Positions 13,261 to 24,781 of a DNA stretch of 64,000 nt are shown here, one piece after another. Made by a program: the position numbers and the translations under genes. Within the stretch, counting starts at the first letter, position 1. The number at the start of each line of letters is the position of its first letter. The notes beneath the pieces are model-generated. The model did no database searches. It was not told the origin of the DNA and saw nothing but the letters and a program-made list of their open reading frames with translations. Source of the DNA: Octopus vulgaris (Eukaryota); assembly GCA_951406725.2 (NCBI GenBank), contig OX597816.1, positions 95,046,001 to 95,110,000 of the forward strand. The letters run 5' to 3'.

Positions 13261-13932
13261 GGAGGTTTATTAAATGCTCAGGTATTTTCCAACTTCCAAC
13301 TTGGAAACTTGCAGCACACCTGCAGATCATATGTAAGTCATAAGCATGCCATGATATATATTTTGAAAAGTCTGTTTTGGAGCAAAAGAAAGAAAATATT
13401 CCATGTAGAATTAACAGTATACAATTCTTTCCTAGTCAGCATATTTGCATCCAGTCTGCATTAAAATACAACCCAGAAATGTGTCACACAATCCCAGTGG
13501 ATGATAGATTCAATATTGATTGGAGAACTTCTTGTTTAAGAGGTTTCTTCTATGTAAACAACAATGAAAGAAGATTGGCAAACATCTTGGAAGAAATTTA
13601 TAGAGTGAAGATGAAGAAATATGACTGTTTTACAGATAAAATTTGAAGGATAATTGCAACAGAAGTATGTTTTGTTGAAGTTGTAATAAAAAAAAAAGAT
13701 AATTCTTGTGAATCTGTCCATATGTTAATGGTTTCAGAATTCAGTAACCTGTGTGATTTAATAAGAGAATTTACCAAAGATTCCAGACATTTCTAATAAT
13801 TCAGACCTTCAACTAAAATGAGATTAGAAGCCAATACAGGCAATGATATGTCTCCAAAACTGATCAGAAAAGTAAAATAAAACAAAAATTAAGCATTGCA
13901 TATAATCAGTATTGGTGAATACATTTTCTTGA

Positions 13933-14152
13933 TACTACTACTACAACTACTACTACTGCTGCTGCTACTGCTGCTGCTTGCTGTCATCATCTCCACCACC
14001 ATCATCATCGCCACTACAGCTGCTGTTGTTGCTGCAACTATGACTACTACTTTTACTTCTACTGACACCACAACTACTAGTACTGCTATTAGCACCACGT
14101 TTACTACCTTGTCACTACTGCTACTGCTGTTGTTGCTGCCACTACTGTAGTA

Positions 14153-14213
<61 letters not shown>

Positions 14214-14290
14214 CTTCTTCTTCTTCTTCTTCTTCTTCTTCTTCTTCTTCTTCTTCTTTGTCTTCTTCTTCGTCTTCTTCTTCTTCTTTG
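13933..14290. repeat. (CTA/CTG)n low-complexity tract followed by (CTT)n
   Basis: Direct reading; explains the poly-L, poly-S and poly-K ORFs. Confidence 0.9.
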
Positions 14291-14994
14291 TCAATATCAT
14301 CTTTCCTTTACCACTCTGCAGCCATGCTCTTTGTCTTATCTTACAATAGTTTCTTCTTGTCATATGAAAACAATCATATCTCACTTTCTCCACTCCACTT
14401 GTTGCTTCCTTCAACCATTGTGTCTCTTAGTTCTGACCTTCTTCTAAAACTGCTACTACTGTGTTGAACTTTCTCTCTGCAATATAATTCCCTTGCCATC
14501 CAGAATCCTCTATATGATCATTCAACATGCAAGAAATAACAGCCAAATCTCTTTCAACAATAAACCCAAAGATTGTGGAAAGGTACACCACATTGGATAA
14601 TGTAGTTCTGGATGTGCAATGCCCAAGAAAAAGACAAAACTTATAGTGAGATAATCTTTCCTTATAAATCTACTCACAGTATTAAACCAGCAGAATTTTT
14701 GGAGTGTTGGTAAAAATGGCAGACAATATTTCTCAAATCTTACTGAGGTTAACTATGATTTTCGTCCTTTTTAGGATCAATAAAATGAAACACTGATCAA
14801 GTACTGGGGTTGGTGGTACCAAGTAAACTGTCCCCTTAAAATTGCTGGCCTTTGCTTAAATTAGAAGCACTTATGTATCTGCTCAGTTAAACTAACCTGA
14901 GTCTAAGTAACAACATAAGTTTTCATAATTACCATCAATGTTATCTTCTCTGGCCATTTTGCCATACTATTATGGGTTGATGTTCTTCTGCCTC

Positions 14995-15218
14995 TCAACC
15001 CTCAAATGTGACATGACAAGCACTTGACTGGAATCTCCAGGGGAAAAGGAAGTGAGGACGCCGAAGCAGACATAGAAGAGGAGCATTTTGGGCAAGCTCA
15101 GGACCACCGGCCTGACATGGGAAGCAGCCAAGAAGCACACCAATGACTGCAAAAAGTGGAAAGCAACTGTTGAGGCCCTATGCTCAACAAGGGGTAAAAA
15201 GGATTAAGAAGAAGAAGT
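14995..15218 (+). mobile_element. 3' end of a second RTE family
   Basis: QALDWNLQGKRK..LRTTGLTWEAAKKHTNDCKKWKATVEALCSTRGKKD* followed by a (GAA)n tail. Confidence 0.8.
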
Positions 15219-15972
15219 ATGGGTTGAATGGCTTTGCCAGCACTGCTTGTTCTTTTGTTCAGCAGCTATTTTGAGATTTGGTTTTACCATTCTTACTACA
15301 TGTCTTATTCAGGAGCCAACAAAGGAACCAGCAGTTGCTCAACTTACTAAATGGTGGTGGTGGTGATGGCAATTAATCTTCTGAGTGAACCAAAGAAACT
15401 ATGTTTCTACTGGATTTCAAATAGCTGATACTATCAACTCATGACAGAAAGATCTGAATTTTTCAATACACGATGGAATTTGAACTCTGAATGTACAGAG
15501 GAACAGATCTCACAAAGTATCCTGTCTGATGCCAATCCACCATCCAAGATTTTTACCTTTTTTTATTGACCCTGGCATAATGAAAGGCAGAGTTATCCTT
15601 GGCAGCATATGCACTCAGGGCATAGACAGTCAGAACAAGTACCACAAGGCAGCTATAGGCTTGGGAACAGGGGATGTAAGGGTGCAAGCGTACCTGCAAA
15701 TATTTTTCTAGGGCAATGGGACACTTTGAATATCTTCTGTTGGACCTGGGTTTGCCACCACTAAGCAAATTTTATTCCTGCACTGAAGACAGCCTATCCA
15801 ACTCTTTAAGAACTTTACCAATTTGGTTTTGGGCAGTTAAATTAATTTGAATTACACTCCCCACTCTTGGAAAAGAAAAAAAAGGACACATTAGCCAATT
15901 AATCTGAGACACACAAAAAAGTGGGATGGCCACTGCTCGAATGCTATATGTCATAGGTCAGTTCAATGAAAT

Positions 15973-16072
15973 ACTTACCTGGAGTAAAAAATGAAAAAAG
16001 AAAAAAAGAATCAGAAATGAAAAGAAAAATTAAAGCAAAAACAAAACAAAACAAAATAAATCAACAAATATA
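15973..16072 (-). other. Candidate recursive splice site (3' acceptor fused to 5' donor)
   Basis: Minus strand: ~90 nt AG-free, T-rich tract; branch-like CTGAT about 32 nt upstream; ...TTTTTTACTCCAG|GTAAGT with the junction at 15979/15978. Confidence 0.6.
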
Positions 16073-16938
16073 CTTGGTTTAATACTCTTGACCTTTGGGT
16101 GCCTTTATTGGAGTCCTGGAGTTCATTCTGTTGCAAATATTGAGGCCAGGTTTCTGATCTAAGGATAACTTAATATCTTGATTCACTAATTCCCAATAAA
16201 TCAATTTTTTTCTACACTAATCTCAGGCATCCTGCAATAAGCTATGAGCACTAACACCAGTCTCAGACATCTTGCAATCAACTATATGCCACTTCTGACT
16301 TAGCCACAAAATTTAAAGAAAACAAAAAATGTGGGTCTCTTTCTCTCCAATGTGCACCTCCATTTATCAACACATCACTTTTTACTCAACATTACTCAAT
16401 CCATTCATTCACTGTTTATGTTCATAACAGTGCAGTCAACTTTAAATATCTATCCCATTCTATCTCAGCCAATCTTTCAGCTGACTTGAGAACTAGCTTG
16501 CATGTAGGTTAATAGTACATATCTCTTTAGCTGTTGACACTGGTACTACTATCCTATATGATTAAGTATGTGAGTAACTACCATGACATCTGTGATTTAT
16601 TTTATTTTTAATATGTCCTACATAGCTTGATACTTTTAACAATTAACTAGAATACTTCACAGATATGTTGCTTTTCATTTCTTTCACTTACTTAAAAGTA
16701 ATATTAACTATACTAATGTTAATATCAATAGCTAGCTTCTCTGCTGGCTCTTCTTGGAAAGGTCTCTCATTATCTCACTTATAGTTCTCATTAAACAGCA
16801 GCCCCCTCATACTTGCCCTTTGGTTTGCTTTTCAAAGAGAGCCCTTTGAATTAATGAATTAATGACTCAGCGAAACTAAATGTATTTTTTTTAAATGTAT
16901 ACATGTAAATATATTAATAATTTATCTACACACAGACA

Positions 16939-16981
<43 letters not shown>

Positions 16982-17056
16982 TCACTCACTGAAAAGCTTA
17001 CACATAGGTACATATAGAGGTACTCACACACACACACACACACATCACCATCATCA

Positions 17057-17320
17057 TCATTGTTTAACATCTGTTTTCCATGTTGGCATGGGTGAACAGT
17101 TTGACATGGAGCTGGACAGCTGGAAGCTGTCCTGATTCCAACTGTCTATTGTAGCATAGTTTCTATGGCTGGATGCCCTTCCTAACACCAACCACTTAAC
17201 TGAGTGTGCTGGATGTTTTTTACATGCCACCAGCATGAGTGCATTCATGCAGCACCAGCACAGGTGTGTTTATGCAGCACCAGCATGGGTGCTATTTATG
17301 TGGCACTGGCACCTGAAAGG
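17057..17320 (-). mobile_element. RTE-tail repeat
   Basis: Plus strand TTTCCATGTTGGCATGGG..CTGGATGCCCTTCCTAACACCAACCAC is the reverse of the RTE 3' end. Confidence 0.75.
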
Positions 17321-17713
17321 ACAAGCTTGTATGTATGGAAGACAGTGATTTTACTTAGCCTGACATGTCTTCTCGAGTACAGCAAATCACTACAACTCCT
17401 GATTTCTTGTCATTTCCTCAGTGAGACTCAGAATCCAAAGATCCTTCATTACCATGTCTTCGTAGGTTTACCTTTCTACAGGTTCCCTTCACAATTAGAG
17501 CTCGGGACCTCTTTACACAGCTGTCTTCATCCATATGCATCAACATGCATCATGTATGCATGCATAACCTTGCTTCCCTGTCATATGGTTCCGGGTTCAA
17601 TCCCACTGTGTGACACCTTGGGCAAGTGTCTTCTAGTATAGTCTCAGACTGACCAAAGCCTTGTGAGGGGATTTGGTAGACGGAAACTGAAAGAAGTCCA
17701 TTTTGTATATACA

Positions 17714-18968
17714 CAGACATGCAAGAAGTAAATAGACACCTTTAATTTTCAAAATTTCTCATCTAGGTGTCTTAATATGTTTTCAGCAGTGTAGAATTTA
17801 CAATGTAATTATTCTTTTCATTCCAAGTGCTATTATATTAAACATTTGCAAAGAGTAACCATGCCACGCACAAAAAATTCAGCAGAACTGTCAGATTTTC
17901 AAAGAGGTCGTATTGTTGGGCAATCTGAGGCTGGTCTTAGATAGTGAAGAATTGCTGAACATCTTCAAATTCCTCTTGCTACTGTTAATAGAATTATAGT
18001 GCAATTGAAAAGCCAAAGAAAAGAATCAACTGATTCTCATCCCAGCTGACCTGGGCCCTCAGAAAGGAAGCTTTGCTGTTTGAAGAGAATTGTGGAAAAC
18101 GAACCCCGTTCGAAGGCTTCTGACATTGCAAAACAGCTAGGAGTTAGTTCAAGAATGTGTGTTACATATCTGCATAAGCTTGGGTATTATGGACGAGCAG
18201 CTAGAAGAAAACCTCTCCTTCAACCAATTAATATCACGAAAAGAAAGAAATGGACTAAGGAGATGTCAGAAAAAGTTTTTGGATAGAGTGATTTTCTCAG
18301 ATGAACCCATATTTGCATTATTTTCAGACGTGTTTTGGTCTGGAGGCTTTCCAATCAAGAATTTGATTTGAGACGACTCCAACCAACTGTGAAACATGGC
18401 GGTATCTCTGTAATGGTATGGGGAGCTGTCACCAACAATGGTCATTCTGAGCTGATGGAATGTGTTAGGACCATAAACTCTAAAAAAATATATCGAAATA
18501 CTTAAGCGAGGACTGCTTCCGATGTATTCACATGCTAACATAATGAAAAATGAGTTTTTGTTCATGGAAGATGGGGCTCCATGCCACTTAGTGAAAAAGA
18601 ATCAATAATGGCTGATTGAAAATGGGATCAAAAAGCTTCCTTGACCGAGCCAATCTCCTGACATGAACCGAATTGAAAATCTTTGAAGCATACTAGATAG
18701 AGCTGTACAAAAAACTCGGCAGAAACCTAAATCTAAAGATGAATTGTTTTGATTGTTGCATGAAAAGTGGGCAGAAATTCCACAAGAGACAATCACAAAG
18801 CTTATCAGTTCAATGCCAAAACGAGTTTCTGAATGAAAAACTGCAAAGGGAATGTCAACTAAATACTAAAGTATGTAGTCCTACCTATCAATTACATTTC
18901 AATTGTTCGCTTTGCATATTAAATAAAAGATTTTGAAAATAAAAGGTGTCTATTTACTTCCTGCAAGT
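17714..18968 (+). mobile_element. Tc1 (DD34E) DNA transposon, near full length, defective
   Basis: TIRs: left CAGACATGCAAGAAGTAAATAGACACCTTTAATTTTCAAAA, right TTTTGAAAATAAAAGGTGTCTATTTACTTCCTGCAAGT (18931-18968). Confidence 0.92.
17861..18869 (+). pseudogene. Tc1 transposase pseudogene
   Basis: [56 protein letters not shown] (34 residues between the second D and E), SMPKR, TKY*. Several stops and frameshifts. Confidence 0.92.
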
Positions 18969-19026
18969 TACAGAGATGTAAGCACACCAACACTAGTTGT
19001 CAAGCAGTGACAAAGGGACAAACACA

Positions 19027-19073
<47 letters not shown>

Positions 19074-19083
19074 GTGTATGTAC

Positions 19084-19114
<31 letters not shown>

Positions 19115-19679
19115 TGTATGTATGTATGTATGTATGTATGTGTGTGTTTGTGTCTGTGTTTGTCCCTTCGTCACTGCTTGACAACCAATCTTGGTGTGTT
19201 TACATCTCCGTAACTTAGCAGTTCAGCAAAAGTGTTCGATAGAGTATGTACCAGGCTTTAAAAAATAAATACTGGAGTTAATAATTAATTCATTTCATTA
19301 AAAATTCTTCAAGGCAGTGCCCCAGCATGGCCACAGTCTAATGACTGAAACAAGTAATATATATATATATATATATAAATTATTTGTAGAAAACATAAAT
19401 CCAGACAAGAAGTGCACTCTAAGATATAAATACAAATAGATTTAAAAAAAAACATGAATCAATAACATAATACGCACAGTACTTACCAGAAAGAAACGTA
19501 ATATGCATTTTCTTAGTATATAAATAGATGAATTGACAGATATGTGTTCAAAGATTTCTATATATTGTATTATATTATAAATTACAGATTATTATCGTAT
19601 CTTAATTTCAATTTATTCTATTTAATCCCATTTTATTTTGTTTTATTTTCATTTTTACCCCCTTTTAGAACAAATACAG

Positions 19680-19727
<48 letters not shown>

Positions 19728-19924
19728 TTAGTATATTTAACTAATGCTTAAACATAAATATATATATAAGAAAATATATATGCTTATTGTATACATGTGT
19801 ATATAAATCTATGTGTATATGTATTAACTTGAGTAATACATCTATTAACTGATAGAATATTCAAATTTAAGTAAATGCTAACACATACATAAATTTGATT
19901 AAATACTATTTGATGAACATAAGA

Positions 19925-20224
19925 ATCATCCGAACGTGGCTGATGTCAGCACCACCTTGATTGGCTTCTGTGCCAGTGGCACGTAAAAAGCACCAAAAGA
20001 TTGTGGTTGTTGCCAGCCTCCTCTGGCTCCTGTGCCAGTGGCACATAAAAAGCACTCACTACACTCTTGGAGTGGTTGGTGTTAGGAAGGACATCCAGCG
20101 GTAGAAACAGTGTGAGATCAGATTGGAGCCTGGTGCAGCCTCCTGGCTTCCAAGTCTCCAGTTGAACCGTCCAACTCATGTCAGGATGGAAAACAGACGT
20201 AAAACGATGATGATGATGACGATG
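19925..20224 (+). mobile_element. RTE-tail repeat with tandem units
   Basis: GTGCCAGTGGCACGTAAAAAGCACC units, GTTAGGAAGGACATCCAG, (GAT)n tail. Confidence 0.8.
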
Positions 20225-20330
20225 TATACATGAATATTTACAAGTATCTACTAGTAAGCCAATGGAAATTATACAAATATAACAGTTTATTATTTATTGT
20301 GTATTTTCCTAATTTATTTATTTATTTGTT

Positions 20331-20363
<33 letters not shown>

Positions 20364-21217
20364 GTTTAATGTCCAACAATATTTTATTATTCATATTATA
20401 GATATTTTTGAATAAATTTATTTATTTTATTTATTTTTACTTACTTGAATTATAACCTTAGAAAATACATACACAAAATATATATATGAAATAACATGTT
20501 AAACTTCTTTAGTTGTAGATTTGAATCCCTTCAACAAAGATGTAACTTCCGTTATTATTAAGACAAAAACCCTGAAGAGATTCTACCCCATACAGCTTCA
20601 ATTCTTAACATTGTATTTAACCCAAATGCTTTGAATTATGCATTACCAATGGGCTAGAATCGAAATATGTAGATTTTTTGAGTCTTCTATTGTGTTTTTT
20701 AAAAATTCATTTTTATTTATATCGTAACAAACTATGATACAAATAAATTAACTATACATTCTCAATTCTACATTTTCTTACATTAATTTTACTTATATAT
20801 ATGTATGTGTGTATGTGTGTGTATATGTATGTATATATATATATAAACACATACACACACACACATACATAGATATTCTCTTCCATATTGGCTAACTCTG
20901 ATGAGCGTAAAGTTATATAATTGGATTGTTACATAACACTCCATTGTATTCCTTCTGTGAAACTAATTGGTAAGATCAGCCATAATGGATATACAATACT
21001 ATTTATTTTGGATAATATACCCACTCTATTTACAGATATATGAGTACATGTTTTCTCTGACTTATGGTCGCTTAGACAACTCATGTACACACAGACACGC
21101 ACACACACACACATATGTAATGTATATACCACCCTCATCATCATCACCATCATTGTTTAATGTCCACCTTCCATGCTGGCATGGGTGGAATATTTATTTA
21201 TATATATATATATATAT

Positions 21218-21594
21218 CGGTGGCACGTAAAAAGCACCATCCGACCATGGCCGTTTGCCAGCCTCGCCTGGCCCCCGTGCCGGTGGCACATAAAAAGCAC
21301 CATCCGATCGTGGCTGTTGCCAGCCTTGCCTGGCCCCCGTGCCGGTGGCACGTAAAAAGCACCATCCGACCATGGCCGTTTGCCAGCCCTGTCTGGCAGC
21401 TGTGCCAGTGGCACGTAAAAAGCACCCACTACACTCATGGAGTGGTTGGCATTAGGAAGGGCATCCAGCCGTAGAAACATTGCCAGATCAGACTGGGCCT
21501 GGTGCAGCCTTCTGGCTTCCCAGACCCCAGTCGAACCGTCCAACCCATGCTAGCATGGAAAGTGGACGCTAAATGATGATGATGATGATGATGA
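21218..21594 (+). mobile_element. Young RTE-tail repeat with ~3.5 tandem ~61-bp units
   Basis: Near-identical units GTGGCACGTAAAAAGCACCATCCGACCATGGCCGTTTGCCAGCC..., CpGs retained, same 3' end as 3591-5474. Confidence 0.88.
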
Positions 21595-22245
21595 TATATA
21601 CATACATGCATCTCTAATACCATTATATGTGCATGTATGTGTAAGTGTATATGTGTGTATGCACATGTGTGTGTGTGTGTGTGAGTGCAGGCATAAAATG
21701 ATGCTAAATTTTGTGAAACAAATTAGAGCTGGTATAAAACCAAAATATGTCAGTTTGATGCCTTTGGCACATAAAACAGAAAGAAAATGATAATAGGCTG
21801 AAAACAATTTTGCTGCAATATTGCTTTTCGTTTTTTCTAATACATCCTGATATATTCCAGAAAGTTCTTGTCTATGGTTTTGTCACAATTTTTCATTTCC
21901 ACTGTTAAAACTATGAGACAGTAACAATATAATAAAGGTATTTTCAGGTATAATTCATTGTCAGTAAAATAAGTATTGATGTGAGCTATCTCCATATGTC
22001 TTCATCTTATTTGCATTCCAGGTTTTGCCTAAACTCGTCTGTCATTCTTAACTATTATTATAGAAACTAATACCTATTATCTCTCTCTCTCTCTCACTTG
22101 CTCTATCTATCTATCTATATGTCTGTCTGTCTCTGTCTGTCTGTCTGTCCACTCACTTGTCCTTCTATCCTATATCCACTCATCCTAATTACCCTGCACT
22201 CTGTGTGTGTGTATGTATATATATGTATATACATGTATATATATG

Positions 22246-22328
<83 letters not shown>

Positions 22329-22392
22329 TAGGTGAATAGGTGAATAGGAGAATAGGTGAGAATATGCACAGTATAAAAGGCATATAGTAATG

Positions 22393-22432
<40 letters not shown>

Positions 22433-22774
22433 GTATGAATGTGCATGCGTATGTGTATGTGCGTGTGTATGCAGATGTGTGTGCATGTGTTGTGTCTATT
22501 ATGTGTCAAGATTTGTAGGAAATATATTTGAATGTAGTGCTAGCTGTTCAAAGCACCAAATTTTGTACTGTTAAGCAAATCACCACCAATTTCCTCTGAT
22601 TCCTAGATTTTCTTCCACTTAGGATATCTAAAGTATGGTCTACTTCAAGTGTAGAAGTTATTACCTGCTGTTCTTCTCATTTAGTGTTATTTCACTTCAC
22701 TTGCATTATTAATGCTCTAAAAATGTATGATGGTCACCAAATCATATTTCTCTCTTCCATTATTAAAATATAAA

Positions 22775-22962
22775 AGGCTGGGCAAAATGCTTAGCGGCAT
22801 TTCATCTGTCTTTATGTTCTGAGTTCAAATCCTGTCAAAGTCTTCTTTGCCTTTCATCCTTTTGGGGTCAATAAAATAAATACCAGTTGAGCACTGGGGT
22901 CGATGTAATTGACCTAACACCCTTCCCTGAAATTATTGGCCTTGTTCCAAAATTTGAAGCCA
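22775..22962 (+). mobile_element. Family B SINE (Meta-domain-like), CpG-decayed
   Basis: GAGTTCAAATCC B box and GCCTTTCATCCTTTTGGGGTCAATAAAATAAATACCAG. Confidence 0.8.
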
Positions 22963-23087
22963 AAATTAAAATATATAATTTTTGCATAATGAAATTTTCC
23001 TAACGTAAGAGAATATTTAAGTTTGGGACGAATTTCAGTGTCTCTAGTCTTATATAGAGAGTGCTAGTTCATCATAGATAACTGTGT

Positions 23088-23255
23088 CACTCTGTGAAAT
23101 GGTTGGTGTTAGGAAAGACATCCAGCCATAGCAACCATGTGCCAAAGCAGGCACTGGAGCCTGGCACAGTCCTCTGTTTCATTGGCTTCACTCCGTCAAA
23201 CAGTCCAATCCATGCCAGCATGGAAAACAGACGTTAAATGACAATGATGATGATA

Positions 23256-23311
<56 letters not shown>

Positions 23312-23325
23312 AACAATGATGATGG
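23088..23325 (+). mobile_element. RTE-tail repeat with expanded (GAT)n tail
   Basis: GGTTGGTGTTAGGAAAGACATCCAG..CCATGCCAGCATGGAAAACAGACGTTAAA then (GAT)n. Confidence 0.8.
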
Positions 23326-24781
23326 GGATGATCTGTTGTGTAGATTATCTGATGTTATATCATCAGATCATCTAACACCATAAGCTATTATAGACTAACA
23401 AAACACTAAATGAACCTTAGTAGCAAGAGTAGTATGTGCTATGAGCTAGCATTTTCAAGGGGCCTATGCTAAATGCTTTATTAGTGTATTACTATAGTGT
23501 CTTCAATATGTATGAAAGACTGGTAGTTTACACTTTAGATTAAAAGCTTGTAAGGTTTCCTTTGTGATACAATGATTCTTTACCTGCCCTACAACTATAC
23601 AAGTCTTCATTATTTTTAAATGGCTAGTTGTGTGAAGTTGATCCAATACTTAGAATACTTTCACAATCAAATACACTTTAAAGTAAACAAATTACAATAA
23701 TCAAATTGAATAGCAACAATAAATGGGCAGACTTACTTTAGTTTTGTGAGATGTTAATTAATAGACATAGCATTTTACTTCTCCATTTTGATACATTAAA
23801 CTTGTTATACAATAATTAAGTTTAATTATTGTTTTTCTTACAAATAAGATCAGACAAATGAATTAGGTTATCATCAAATGTGTTTTGGACTCTATAATGC
23901 TAACCATTCCCATTAAATCAAATTGAGACTTTTTAATGCAATTAAGCAAAACTACAGCACAAATAACTAGTATGAATTAATATAATCACATTTTCATGCC
24001 AGATCATTGAAACATTATATTAGGATTGTGTATCAGGAGAGAAGATTTAACTTGTGTATTTTGTGAACTGGCATAGTTGTCAGAATATCAAATAGAATGA
24101 ATCATGGTATTTGTTCCAACTCTGTATGCTAAGTGTTCAAATCCCACCAAGGAATTGGAAAAGCAGTAATATTATCAAACTGAATGATAGATACTTTATT
24201 TCCTTGGATTTGATATTAGAACATTTAGACTTAAAATTAAATCTGAATTTTATAAAAATGCCTGCTGATATTTTTTCAGCCACCATTTTTGATGTTGTTT
24301 GAATGTGTGTTTTACCTGATGAATTTACCTTCAAAGGGGAAGAAATCTCTTCTAGGCTAAATTCTGTTATGTTGAAGAATTATGTATATCTAAAATTTAG
24401 TTCTTAATCCTTTTTATTTCTACATAAATTAAAGCTCTTAAAGTTTCTTTTTCTTAAAGATTTTAGCCAACAATATCTATGTATGGTCCATTTCAGTCTT
24501 CTTTCAGAATTTTCAGTATGGCATAACCCAAAACAAATTAACTATGCTAAATTCAACAAATTTCACAAAAAAAAGATTTCTTAAAAAACAGAAAATAGTT
24601 GACAATCTAAAAACAGTTTAAAAGCATTTCTTACTTTGTGGGTTTTTTTTTTTCATCCTAAGCCATTAACTGCTTGGCAGTAGAGGAAAGAGCATAGAGA
24701 ACAGAGGACTATTGTACTGCAGGTAAAATATTTTCATTGTAAATTTACCTTGTGAAAAAGTTTTGTTTTTTTTTGTTGCCA

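Larger units (their letters stand above)
17567..19357 (+). mobile_element. Family A SINE interrupted in its central microsatellite by a Tc1 element and an inverted duplication
   Basis: Head at ~17567-17710 and tail at ~19140-19357 in the same orientation, flanking the Tc1. Confidence 0.7.

Noticed and set aside
13377-13860. 89-aa ORF or transposase remnant
   Set aside because: No recognisable motif or convincing splice signals.
20893-20915. Hammerhead remnant TAACT-CTGATGAGCG-TAA-AGTTA
   Set aside because: Core 5' half and a possible stem I are present, but stem II and GAAA are missing.
21218-21425. CRISPR-like array of palindromic repeats
   Set aside because: The apparent spacers are homologous to each other, there are no cas genes, the context is eukaryotic and it matches the RTE 3' UTR.
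23341-23374. 14-bp hairpin
   Set aside because: Adjacent to (GAT)n and made of GAT/ATC-like sequence; probably a slippage or fold-back by-product.
24137-24334. 65-aa minus-strand ORF with hydrophobic C-terminus
   Set aside because: AT-rich with no recognisable domain; likely a chance ORF.
24663-24728. Plus-strand mini-exon (RKEHREQRTIVLQ|GTAAAA); similar plus-strand donors at ~33593 and ~34426
   Set aside because: The best acceptors give stops or non-symmetric lengths; cannot be separated from chance.
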